NCBI GenBank assembly: GCA_964016885.1
Contig: OZ024741.1
Span: 369,272,001-369,336,000 of the forward strand
Source: Eledone cirrhosa
Taxonomy: Eukaryota
Direction: 5' to 3'
Length of the DNA stretch: 64,000 bases
In this document: positions 51,101 through 64,000 of the stretch, one piece after another
How the letters are laid out: each line of letters begins with the position of its first letter
How positions within the stretch are numbered: the stretch's first letter is position 1
Notes under the pieces: generated by a model
What the model saw: only the letters and a program-made list of their open reading frames with translations
Databases searched by the model: none
Told to the model about the DNA's origin: nothing
Program-made: the position numbers and the translations under genes

Positions 51101-54100
51101 AATATCAGAGCTGCGATCTCTCAATTCAGAGATTCTTTGCTGAGAAATTCTAACCACATGTCTCTAGTTTCAGAACTGTGATCTCACAATTCAGAGATTC
51201 TTTCCTGAGACATTCTAACCACATATCCATATTATCAGAGCTGTGATCTCTCAATTCAGACATTCTTTCCTGAGACATTCTAACACCATATCCATAGTAT
51301 CAGAGCTGTGTTCTCTCAATCCAGTGATTCTTTCCCGAGCCATTCTAACCACATATCCATAGTATCAGAGCTGTGATCTCTCAATTCAGAGATTCTTTCC
51401 TGAGCCGTTCTAACCACATATCCATAGTATCAGAGCTGTGATCTCTCAATTCAGAGATTCTTTCCTGAGACATCGTAACCACATGTCATAATACCAGAGC
51501 TGGGAATCCTCAATTCAGAGATTCTTTCTGAAATATTCTAACCACATGTCTGTAGTATCAGAGCTGTGATCTGACAATTCAGAGATTCTTTCCTGAGACA
51601 TTGTAATTACATGTCCATAGTATCGGAGCTGTGATATCTCAATTCAGAGATTCTTTCCTGAGACATTTGAACTACATGTCCATAGTATCAGAGCTGTGAT
51701 CTCTCAATTCAGAGATTCGTTCCTTAGACATTCTAATCCCATGTCCTTTGTATCAGAGCTGTTATCTCTCAATCCAGTGATTCTTTCCGGAGGCATTCTA
51801 ACCAAATGTCATAACATCAGAGCTGTGATCTCTCAATTCTTCAGAGATTCTTTCCTGAGACATTCTACTTACATGTCCATAGTATCGGAGCTGTGATCAC
51901 TCAATTGAATGAATCTTTCCTGAGACATTCTAACCACATATCCATATTATCAGAGCTGTGATCTCTCGATTCAGACATTCTTTCCTGAGACATTCTAACA
52001 CAATATCCATAGTATCAGAGCTGTGTTCTCTCAATCCAGTGATTCTTTCACGAGCCATTCTAACCACATATCCATAGTATCAGAGCTGTGATCTCTCAAT
52101 TCAGAGATTCTTTCCTGAGCCGTTCTAACCACATATCCATAGTATCAGAGCTGTGATCTCTCAATTCAGAGATTCTTTCCTGAGACATCGTAACCACATG
52201 TCATAATACCAGAGCTGCGAATCCTCAATTCAGAGATTCTTTCTGAAATATTCTAACCACATGTCTGTAGTATCAGTGCTGTGATCTGACAATTCAGAGA
52301 TTCTTTCCCGAGACATTGTAATTACATGTCCATAGTATCGGAGCTGTGATATCTCAATTCAGAGATTCTTTCCTGAGACATTTGAACTGCATGTCCATGG
52401 AGCTGTGATCTCTCAATTCAGAGATTCTTCGGTGAGACATTCTAACCACATGTCATAATATCAGAGCTGTGATCTGTCAATTGAGAGATTATTGCCAGAA
52501 ACATTCTAACCCCATGTCAATAGAATCACGGCTGTGATCTCTCAATCTAGTGATTCTTTCCTGAGACGTTCTAACTCCATGTCCAAAGTATTGGAGCTGT
52601 GATCTCTCAGTTCAGAGATTCTTTCCTGAGACATTCTAACTCCATGTCCAAAGTATTGGAGCTGTGATCTCTCAAGTTAGAGATTCTTTCCTGAGACGTT
52701 CAAGCGACATGTCTGTAGTTTCAGAGCTGTGATCTCTCAATTCAGAGATTCTTTCGTGAGACATTCTAACCACATGTCATAATATCAGAGCTGTGATCTC
52801 TCAATTCATAGATTCTTTCCTGAGACTTTCTAACCACATGTCATAATATCAGAGCTGTGATCTCACAATTCATAGATTCTTTCCTGAGACATTCTAACCA
52901 CATGTCTGTAGTTTCAGAGCCGTGATCTCACAATTCAGAGATTCTTTCCTGAGACATTTGAACTTATTGTCCATAGTATCAGAGCTGTGATCTCACAATT
53001 CAGAGATTCTTTCCTGAGACATTCTAACCCCATGTCCATAGTATCAGAGCTGTGATTTCTCAATTCAGAGATTATTGCCTGAGACATTCTAACCACATAT
53101 CCATAGTATCAGAGCTGTGATCTCTCAATTTAGAGATTCTTTCCTGAGACGTTCAAGCGACATGTCTGTAGTTTCAGAGCTGTGATCTCTCAATTCAGAG
53201 ATTCTTTCCTGCGACATTGTAACCACATGTCATAATATCAGAGCTGTGATCTCTCAATTCAGAGATTCTTTGCTGAGAAATTCTAACCACATGTCTGTAG
53301 TTTCAGAACTGTGATCTCACAATTCAGAGATTCTTTCCTGAGACATTCTAACCACATATCCATATTATCAGAGCTGTGATCTCTCAATTCAGACATTCTT
53401 TCCTGAGACATTCTAACACCATATCCATAGTATCAGAGCTGTGTTCTCTCAATCCAGTGATTCTTTCCCGAGCCATTCTAACCACATATCCATAGTATCA
53501 GAGCTGTGATCTCTCAATACAGAGATTCTTTCCTGAGCCGTTCTAACCACATATCCATAGTATCAGAGCTGTGATCTCTCAATTCAGAGATTCTTTCCTG
53601 AGACATCGTAACCACATGTCATAATACCAGAGCTGGGAATCCTCAATTCAGAGATTCTTTCTGAAATATTCTAACCACATGTCTGTAGTATCAGAGCTGT
53701 GATCTGACAATTCAGAGATTCTTTCCTGAGACATTGTAATTACATGTCCATAGAATCGGAGCTGTGATATCTCAATTCAGAGATTCTTTCCTGAGACATT
53801 TGAACTACATGTCCATAGTATCAGAGCTGTGAGCTCTCAATTCAGAGATTCGTTCCTTAGACATTCTAACCCCATGTCCATTGTATTAGAGCTGTGATCT
53901 CTCAATCCAGTGATTCTCTCCGGAGGCATTCTAACCAAATGTCATAACATCAGAGCTGTGATCTCTCAATTCTTCAGAGATTCTTTCCTGAGACATTCTA
54001 CTTACATGTCCATAGTATCGGAGCTGTGATCACTCAATTCAGTGAATCTTTCCTGAGACATTCTAACCACATGTCTGTAGTTCAGAGCTGTGATCTCACA

Positions 54101-57100
54101 ATTCAGAGATTCTTTCCTGAGACATTCTAATTACATGTCCATAGTATCAGAGCTATGATTTCTCAATTCAGAGATTCTTTCCTGAGACATTTGAACTACA
54201 TGTCCATGGAGCTGTGATCTCTCAATTCAGAGATTCTTCGGTGAGACATTCTAACCACATGTCATAATATCAGAGCTGTGATCTGTCAATTCAAAGATTA
54301 TTGCCAGAGACATTCTAACCCCATGTCCATAGAATCACGGCTGTGATCTCTCAATCTAGTGATTCTTTCCTGAGACGTTCTAACTCCATGTCGAAAGTAT
54401 TGGAGCTGTGATCTCTCAGTTCAGAGATTCTTTCCTGAGACATTCTAACTACATGTCATAGTATCAGAGCTGTGATCTCTATATTTAGAGATTCTTTCCT
54501 GAGATATTCTACTTACATGTCCATACTATTGGAGCTGTGATCTCTCAATTCAGAGATTCTTTCCTGAGACATTCTAACCCCATATCCATAGTATCAGAGC
54601 TGTGTTCTCTCAATCCAGTGATTCTTTCCCGAGCCATTCTAATCACATATCCATAGAATCAGAGCTGTGATCTCTCAATTCAGACATTCTTTCCTGAGAG
54701 ATTCTAACCACATGTCATAATACCAGAGCTGTGAACCCTCAATTCAGAGATTCTTTCCTGAAATATTCTAACCACATGTCTGTAGTTTCAGAGCTGTGAT
54801 CTCACAATTCAGAGATTCTTTCCTGAGATATTCTAACAACATGTCTGTAGTATCACAGCTGTGATCTCTCAATTCAGAGATTATTTGCTGAGATATTCTA
54901 ACAACATGACTGTAGTATCAGAGCTGTGATGTCTCAATTCAGAGATTCTTCCCTGAGACATTCTAACCACGTCATAATACCAGTGCTTTGATCTCTCAAT
55001 TCAGAGTTTCTTTCCTGAGCATTCTAACCACATATCCATAGTATCAGAGCTGTGATCTCTCAATTCAGAGATTCTTTCCTGAGACATTGTAACCACATGT
55101 CATAATACCAGAGCCGTGATCTCTCAATTCATAGATTCTTTCCTCAGACATTCTAACCACATGTGGTAGTATCAGAGCTGTGATCTCTCAATTCAGAGAT
55201 TCGTTCCTGAGACATTGTAACCACATGTCATAATATCAGAGCTGTGATCTCTCAATTCATTGATTCTTTCCTGAGAAATTCTAACCACATGTCATAATAT
55301 CAGAGCTGTGATCTCTCAATTCATAGATTCTTTCCTGAGACATTCTAACCACATGTCATAATATCAGAGCTGTGATCTCTCAATTCATAGATTCTTTCCT
55401 GAGACATTCTAACCACATGTCATAATACCAGTGCTTTGATCTCTCAACTCAGAGATTCTTTCCTGAGAAATTTTAACCCCATGTCCATAGTATCAGAGCT
55501 GTGTTCTCTCAATCCAGTTATTCTTTCCTGAGACATTCTAACCATATATCCATAGTATCAGAGCTGTGAACCCTCAATCCAGTGATTCTTTCCTGAGACA
55601 TTCTACTTACATGTCCATAGTATCGGAGCTGTGAACCCTCAATTCAGAGATTCTTTCCTGAGACATTTGAACTACATGTCCATAGTATCAGAGCTGTACC
55701 TCTCAATTCAGAGATTCTTTCCTTAGACATTCTAACCCCATGTCCATTGTATCAGAGCTGTGATCTCTCAATCCAGTGATTCTTTCCTGAGGCATTCTAA
55801 CCACATGTCATAACATCAGAGCTGTGATCTCTCAATTCTTCAGAGATTCGTTCCTGAGACATTCTACTTACATGTCCATAGTGTCGGAGCTGTGATCACT
55901 CAATTCAGTGATTCTTCCCTGAGACATTCTAACCACGTGTCTGTAGTTTCAAAGCTATCATCTCACAATTCAGAGCTTCTTTCCTGAGACATTCTAATTA
56001 CATGTCCATAGTATCAGAGCTGTGATTTCTCAATTCAGAGATTCTTTCCTGAGACATTGTAACCACATGTCATAATATCAGATCTGTGATCTCTCAATTC
56101 AGAGATTCTTTCTTGAGACATTGTAACCACATGTCATAATATCAGATCTGTGATCTCTCAATTCAGAGATTCTTTCCTGAGACATTCTAACCACATGTCC
56201 ATAGTATCAGAGCTGTGATCTCTAAATTCAGAGATTCTTTCCTGAGCCATTCTAACCACATATCCATAGTATCAGAGCTGTGATCTCTCAATCCAGTGAT
56301 TCTTTCCTGAAACATTGTAAACACATGTCATAATACCAGAGCTGTGATCTCTCAATTCAGAGATTCTTTCCTGAGATATTCTAACCACATGTCTGTAGTA
56401 TCACAGCTGTGATCTCTCAATTCAGAGATTATTGCCTGAGACATGCTAACCCCATGTCCATAGTATCGGAGCTGTGATCTCGCAATTCAGAGATTCTTTC
56501 CTGAGCCATTCTAACCACATATCCATAGTATCAGAGCTGTGATTTCTCAATTCAGAGATTCTTTCGTGAGACATTTGAACTACATGTCCATAGAGGTGTG
56601 ATCTGTCAATTCAGAGATTCTTTCCTGAGACATTTGAACTACATGTGCATAGAGCCGTGATCTCTCAATTCAGAGATTCCTCCCTGAGATTTTCTAACCA
56701 CATGTCTGTAGTATCAGAGCTGTGATCTCTAAATTCAGAGATTCTTTCCTGAGCCATTCTAACCACATGTCTGTAGTATCAGAGCTGTGATCTCTCAATT
56801 CAGAGATTCTTTCCTGACACAATCTAACCACGTCATAATACCAGTGCTTTGATCTATCAATTCAGAGATTCTTTCCTGAGACATTCTAACCACATATCTG
56901 TAGTATCAGAGCTGTGATCTCTCAATTCAGAGATTCTTTCCTGAGACATTCTAACCACATGTCTGTAGTATCAGAGCTGTGATCTCTCAATTCAGAGATT
57001 CTTTCCTGAGACATTCTAACCACATGTCTGTAGTATCAGAGCTGTGATCTCTCAATTCAGAGATTCTTTCCTGAGACAGTCTAACCACATGTCTGTAGTA

Positions 57101-60100
57101 TCAGAGCTGTGATCTCTCAATTCAGAGATTCTTTTCTGAGACATTCTAACTATATGTCCATAGTATCAGAGCTGTGATCTCTCAAGTAAGAGATTCTTTC
57201 CTGAGCCATTGTAACCACATATCCAGAGTATCAGAGCTGTGATCTCTCAATCCAGTGATTCTTTCCTGAAACATTGTAAACACATGTCCATAGTATCAGA
57301 GCTGTGATCTCTAAATTCAGAGATTCTTTCCTGAGCCATTCTAACCACATATCCATAGTATCAGAGCTGTGATCTCTCAATCCACTGATTCTTTCCCGAA
57401 ACATTGTAAACTCATGTCATAATACCAGAGCTGTGATCTCTCAATTCAGAGATTCTTTCCTGAGACATTCTAACCACATGTCTGTAGTATCAGAGCTGTG
57501 ATCTCTCAATTCAGAGATTCTTTCCTGAGACATTCTAACCACATGTCTGTAGTATCAGAGCTGTGATCTCTCAATTCAGAGATTCTTTCCTGAGACATTC
57601 TAACCCTATGTCCATAGTATCGGAGCTGTGATCTCTCAAGTAAGAGATTCTTTCCTGAGACATTCTAACTACATGTCCATAGTATCAGAGCTGTGAACTC
57701 TCAAGGTGGAGATTCTTTCCTGAGACATTCTAACCACATGTCATAGTATGAGAGCTGTGATCTCTCAATTCAGAGATTCTTTCCTGAGACATTCTAACCC
57801 CATATCCATAGTATCAGTGCTGTGATCTCGCAATTCAGAGATTCTTTCCTGAGCCATTCTAACCACATATCCATAGTATCAGAGCTGTGATTTCTCAATT
57901 CAGAGATTCTTTCGTGAGAAATTTGAACTACATGTCCATAGAGGTGTGATCTGTCAATTCAGAGATTCTTTCCTGAGACATTTGAACTACATGTCCTTGG
58001 AGCTGTGATCTCTCAATTCAGAGATTCTTTCTTGAGACATTGTAACCACATGTCATAATATCAGATCTGTGATCTCTCAATTCAGAGATTCTTTCCTGAC
58101 ACATTCTAACCACGTCATAATACCAGTGCTTTGATCTATCAATTCAGAGATTCTTTCCTGAGACATTCTAACCACATGTCTGTAGTATCAGAGCTGTGAT
58201 CTCTCAATTCAGAGATTCTTTCCTGAGACAGTCTAACCACATGTCTGTAGTATCATAGCTGTGATCTCTCAATTCAGAGATTCTTTCCTGAGACATTCTA
58301 ACTATATGTCCATAGTATCAGAGCTGTGATCTCTAAATTCAGAGATTCTCTCCTGAGCCATTCTAACCACATGTCCATAGTATCAGAGCTGTGATCTCTA
58401 AATTCAGAGATTCTTTCCTGAGCCATTCTAACCACATATCCAGAGTATCAGAGCTGTGATCTCTCAATCCAGTGATTCTTTCCTGAAACATTGTAAACAC
58501 ATGTCATAATACCAGAGCTGTGATCTCTCAATTCAGAGATTCTTTCCTGAGATATTCTAACCACATGTCTGTAGTATCAGAGCTGTGATCTCTCAATTCA
58601 GAGATTATTGCCTGAGACATTCTAACCCCATGTCCATAGTATCGGAGTTGTGATCTCTCAAGTAAGAGATGCTTTCCTGAGACATTCTAACTACATGTCC
58701 ATAGTATCAGAGCTGTGAACTCTCAATGTGGAGATTCTTTCCTGAGACATTCTAACCACATGTCATAGTATGAGAGCTGTGGTCTCTCAATTCAGAGATT
58801 CTTTCCTGAGACATTCTAACCACATGTCTGTAGTTTCAGAGCTGTGATCTCTCAATTCAGGGATTCTTTCCAGAGACATTGTAAACACATGTCATAATAT
58901 CAGAGCTGTGATCTCTCAATTCAGAGATTCTTTGCTGAGATATTCTAACCACATGTCTGTAGTATCAGAGCTGTGATCTCTCAATTCAGAGATTCTTTCC
59001 TGAGCCATTCTAACCACATATCCATAGTATCAGAGCTGTGATCTCTCAATTCAAAGATTCTTTCCTGAGACATTGTAACCACATGTCATAATACCAGAGC
59101 TGTGAACTCTCAATTCAGAGATTCTTTCATGAGATATTCTAACCACATGTCATAATATCAGAGCTGTGAACTCTCAATTCAGAGATTCTTTCATGAGATA
59201 TTCTAACCACATGTCATAATATCAGAGCTGTGATCTCTCAATTCAGAGATTCTTTCCTGAGACATTCTAACCACAAGTCTGTAGTTTCAGAGCTGTGATC
59301 TCTCAATTCAGAGATTCTTTCCTGAGACATTCTCACCACATGTTCATAGTATCAGAGCTGTGATCTCTCAATTCAGAGATTCTTTCCTGAGACATCGTAA
59401 ACACATGTCATAATACCAAAGCTGTGATCTCTCAATTCAGAGATTCTTTCCTGAGATATTCTAACCACATGTCTGTAATATCAGAGCTGTGATCTCACAA
59501 TTCAGAGATTCTTTCCTGAGACATTGTAATTACATGTCCATAGTATCGGAGCTGTGATATCTCAATAAAGAGATTCTTTCCTGAGACATTTGAACTACAT
59601 GTCCATATTATCAGAGCTGTGATCTCTCAATTCAGAGATTCTTTCCTTAGACGTTCTAACCCCATGTCCATTGTATCAGAGCTGTGATCTCTCAATCCAG
59701 TGATTCTTTCCTGAGGCATTCTATCCTCATGTCATAACATCAGATCTGTGATCTCTCAATTCTTCAGAGATTCTTTCCTGAGACATCCTACTTACATGTC
59801 CATAGTATCAGAGCTGTGATCTCTCACTCCAGTGATTCTTTCCTGAGACATTTGAACTACATGACCATAGAGCTGTGATCTCTCAAATCAGTGATTCTTT
59901 CCTGAGACATTCTAACCACATATCCATAGTATCAGAGCTGTGATCTCTCAATTCAGTGATTCTTTCCTGAGACATTGTAACCACATGTCATAATATCAGA
60001 GCTGTGATCTCTCAATTCAGAGATTCTTTCCTGAGACATTCTAACCCCATGTCATAACATCAGAGCTGTGATCTCTCAATTCTTTCCTGAAACATTCTAA

Positions 60101-63100
60101 CTACATGTCCAAAGTATCGGAGCTGTAATCTCTCAATTCAGAGATTGTTTCCTGAGACATTCTAACTACATGTCCAAAGTATCAGAGCTGTGATCTCACA
60201 ATTCAGAGAATCTATCCTGAGACATTCTAACCACATGTCTGTAGTTTCAGAGCTGTGATCTCACAATTCAGAGATTCTTTCCTGAGACATTCTAATTACA
60301 TGTCCATAGTATCAGAGCTGTGATCTCTCTATCCAGTGATTCTTTCCGGAGACATTTTAACCACATGTCATAACATCAGAGCTGTGATCTCTCAATTCTT
60401 TCCTGAGACATTCTAACTACATGTCCAAAGTATCAGAGCTGTGAGCTCTCAATTCAGAGATTCTTTCCTGAGACATTGTAACTACATGTCATAATACCAG
60501 AGCTGTGAACTCACAATTCAGAGATTCTTTCCTGAGATATTCTAACCACATGTCATAATATCAGAGCTGTGATCTGTCAATTCAGAGATTATTGCCTGAG
60601 ACATTCTAACCCCATGTCCATAGTATCAGAGCTGTGTTCTCTCAATCCAGTGATTCATTCCTGAGACATTCTAACCACATGTTATAATACCAGTGCTTTG
60701 ATCTCTCAATTCAGAGATTCTTTCCTGAGATATTCTAACCACATGTCTGTAGTTTCAGAGCTGTGATCTCTCAATTCAGAGATTCTTTCCTGAGCCATTC
60801 TAATTAAATGTCCATTGTATCAGAGCTGTGATCTCTCAATTCAGAGATTCTTTCCTGAGACATTCTAACCACAAGTCTGTAGTTTCAGAGCTGTGATATC
60901 TCAATTCAGAGATTCTTTCCTGAGACATTCTCACCACATGTTCATAGTATCAGAGCTGTGATCTCTCAATTCAGAGATTCTTTCCTGAGACATTGTAAAC
61001 ACATGTCATAATACCAGAGCTGTGATCTCTCAATTCAGAGATTCTTTCCTGAGATATTCTAACCACATGTCTGTAATATCAGAGCTGTGATCTCACAATT
61101 CAGAGATTCTTTCCTGAGACATTGTAATTACATGTCCATAGTATCGGAGCTGTGATATCTCAATAAAGAGATTCTTTCCTGAGACATTTGAACTACATGT
61201 CCATAGTATCAGAGCTGTGATCTCTCAATTCAGAGATTCTTTCCTTAGACATTCTAACCCCATGTCCATTGTATCAGAGCTGTGATCTCTCAATCCAGTG
61301 ATTCTTTCCTGAGGCATTCTAACCTCATGTCATAACATCAGAGCTGTGATCTCTCAATTCTTCAGAGATTCTTTCCTGAGACATTCTACTTACATGTCCA
61401 TAGTATCGGAGCTGTGATCACTCAATTCAGTGATTCTCTTCTGAGACATTCTAACCACATGTCCGTAGTTTCAGAGCTGTGATCTCACAATTCAAAGATT
61501 CTTTCCTGAGACATTCTAATTACATGTCCATAGTATCAGATCTGTGATCTCTCAATTCAGAGATTCTTTCCTGACACATTCTAACCACATATCCATTGTA
61601 TCAGAGCTGTGATCTCTCAATCCAGTGATTCTTTCCTGAGACATTGTAACCACATGTCATAATATCAGAGCTGTGATCTCTCAATCCAGTGATTCTTTCC
61701 TGAGACATTGTAACCACATGTCATAATATCAGAGCTGTGATCTCTCAATTCAGAGATTCTTTCCTGAGACATTCTAACCACGTCATAATACCAGTGCTTT
61801 GATCTCTCAATTCAGAGATTCTTTCCTGAGATATTCTAACCACATGTCTGTAGTATCAGAGCTGTGATCTCTAAATTCAGAGATTCTTTCCTGAGCCATT
61901 CTAACCACATATCCATAGTATCAGATCTCTGATCTCTCAATCCAGTGATTCTTACCTGGGACATTGTAACCCCATGTCCATAGTATCAGTGCTGCTATCT
62001 CTCAATTCAGAGATCCTTTCCTGAGACATTCTAACCACATGTCTGTAGTATCAGAGCTGTGATCTGACAATTCAGAGATTCTTTCTCTGAGCCATTCTAA
62101 CCACATATCCATAGTATGAGAGCTGTGATCTCTCAATTCAGAGATTCTTTCCTGAGACATTGTAACCACATGTCATAATATCAGAGCTGTGAACTCTCAA
62201 TTCAGAGATTCTTTCCTGAGACATTGTAACCACATGTCATAATACCAGCGCTGTGAACTCTCAATTCAGAGATTCTTTCATGAGATATTCTAACCACATG
62301 TCATAATATCAGAGCTGTGATCTGTCAATTCAGAGATTCTTTCCTGAGACATTCTAACCACATGTCTGTAGTTTCAGAGCTGTGATCTCACAATTCAGAG
62401 ATTCTTTCCTGAGACATTCTAACCACATGTCTGTAGTTTCAGAGCTGTGATCTCATAATTCATAGATTCTTTCCTGAGACATTTTAACCACATGTCATAA
62501 TATCAGAGCTGTGAACTCTCAATTCAGAGATTCTTTCCTGAGACATTCTAACCACATGTCTGTAGTTTCAGAGCTCTGATCTCTCAATCCAGTGATTCTT
62601 TCCTGGGACATTGTAAACACCTGTCCATAGAATCACAGCTGTGATCTCTCAATTCAGTGATTCTTTCCTGAGACATTCTAACCACATATCCATAGTATCA
62701 GAGCTGTGATCTCTCAATTCAGAGATTCTTTCCTGAGACATTGTAAACACATGTCATAATACCAGAGCTGTGATCTCTCAATTCAGAGATTCTTTCCTGA
62801 GACATTCTAACCACATGTCTGTAGTTTCAGAGCTGTGATCTCTCAATTCAGGGATTCTTTCCAGAGACATTGTAAACACATGTCATAATACCAGAGCTGT
62901 GATCTCTCAATTCAGAGATTCTTTCCTGAGATATTCTAACCACATGTCATAATACCAGAGCTGTGAACTCTCAATTCAGAGATTCTTTCATGAGATATTC
63001 TAACCACATGTCATAATATCAGAGCTGTGAACTCTCATTTCAGAGATTCTTTCATGAGATATTCTAACCACATGTCATAATACCAGAGCTGTGAACTCTC

Positions 63101-64000
63101 AATTCAGAGATTCTTTCATGAGATATTCTAACCACATGTCATAATATCAGAGCTGTGAACTCTCAATTCAGAGATTCTTTCATGAGATATTCTAACCACA
63201 TGTCATAATATCAGAGCTGTGATCTCACAATTCAGAGATTCTTTCCTGAGACATTTTAACCACATGTCTGTTGTTTCAGAGCTGTGATCTCACAATTCAT
63301 ATATTCCTTCCTGAGACATTTTAACCACATGTCATAATATTAGAGCTGTGATCTGTCAATTCAGAGATTATTGCCTGAGACATTCTAACCACATGTCCAT
63401 AGTATCAGAGCTGTAATCTCTCAATTCAGAGATTCTTTCCTGAGACATTGTAAACACATGTCATAATATCAGAGCTGTGATCTCTCAATTCAGAGATTCT
63501 TTCCTGAGACATTCTAACCACATGTCTGTAGTATCAGACCTGTTATCTCTCAATTCAGAGATTCTTTCCTGAGACATTGTGACCACATGTCATAATATCA
63601 GAGCTGTGATCTCTCATTTCAGAGATTCTTTCCTGAGACATTCTAACCACATGTCTGTAGTATCAGACCTGTTATCTCTCAATTCAGAGATTCTTTCCTG
63701 AGACATTGTGACCACATGTCATAATATCAGAGCTGTGATCTCTCATTTCAGAGATTCTTTCCTGAGACATTCTAACTACATGTCCATAGTATCAGTGCTG
63801 TGATCTCTCAATTCAGAGATTCTTTCATGAGACATTCCAGCCACCTGTCATAGTATCAGATTTATGATCTCTCAATTAAGAGAAGTATCAGTTCTACCTG
63901 GAGTGACTCTCTGATCTCTAAGCTACACTCTATCGAGTAACGTTACTTCACAGACCCTTCGGAGGAATCCCATTGCGGCCACTTATTTTCTTTCGGTCTA

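Larger units (their letters stand above)
7705..63883. repeat. 65-bp satellite DNA array, ~56 kb, roughly 800 head-to-tail monomers, both ends inside the window
   Basis: Consensus AGAGATTCTTTCCTGAGACATTCTAACCACATGTCCATAGTATCAGAGCTGTGATCTCTCAATTC; period 65 (e.g. 57001 to 57066). Shorter and longer indel variants are common. Single orientation throughout. Confidence 0.99.

Noticed and set aside
13455-51896. Short ORFs within the satellite (MISQFRDSFLRH...)
   Set aside because: Chance stop-free runs over 3-4 monomers; the 65-bp period is not a multiple of 3 and most monomers contain stops.
7705-63883. CRISPR-like appearance (65-bp period, conserved part with a dyad plus a variable part)
   Set aside because: The variable segments are homologous alleles of one sequence, not unique spacers; there are no cas genes and the context is eukaryotic retroelements.

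Overview
Eukaryotic, repeat-only window with no supportable host gene; the microsatellite and transposon content suggests an invertebrate animal (inference). Bases 1-7.7 kb are a transposon and microsatellite patchwork: a palindromic TA minisatellite, a probable solo LTR with 4-bp TSD (1274-2098), a full-length but decayed Gypsy/Ty3 LTR retrotransposon on the minus strand (2224-6713) and a Penelope-like GIY-YIG endonuclease remnant (6858-7350). Bases ~7705-63883 are a complete ~56-kb head-to-tail array of a 65-bp satellite with ordered variant cassettes and kb-scale internal duplications. The array is interrupted by a non-coding LTR element (42479-45166) and by its recombinant solo LTR at the paralogous site (19575-20137). 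The most unusual signal is this insertion. Its 3' LTR stops exactly at a cryptic tRNA-Trp primer site and ends in TCGGGGTCACCA, matching the tRNA-Trp 3' end. It is flanked by an 84-bp target duplication, and its two LTRs are identical in U3 but about 5% divergent in R/U5. Together these look like a fossil of mis-primed, two-template reverse transcription followed by one-ended integration. All counts were made by eye and are approximate.
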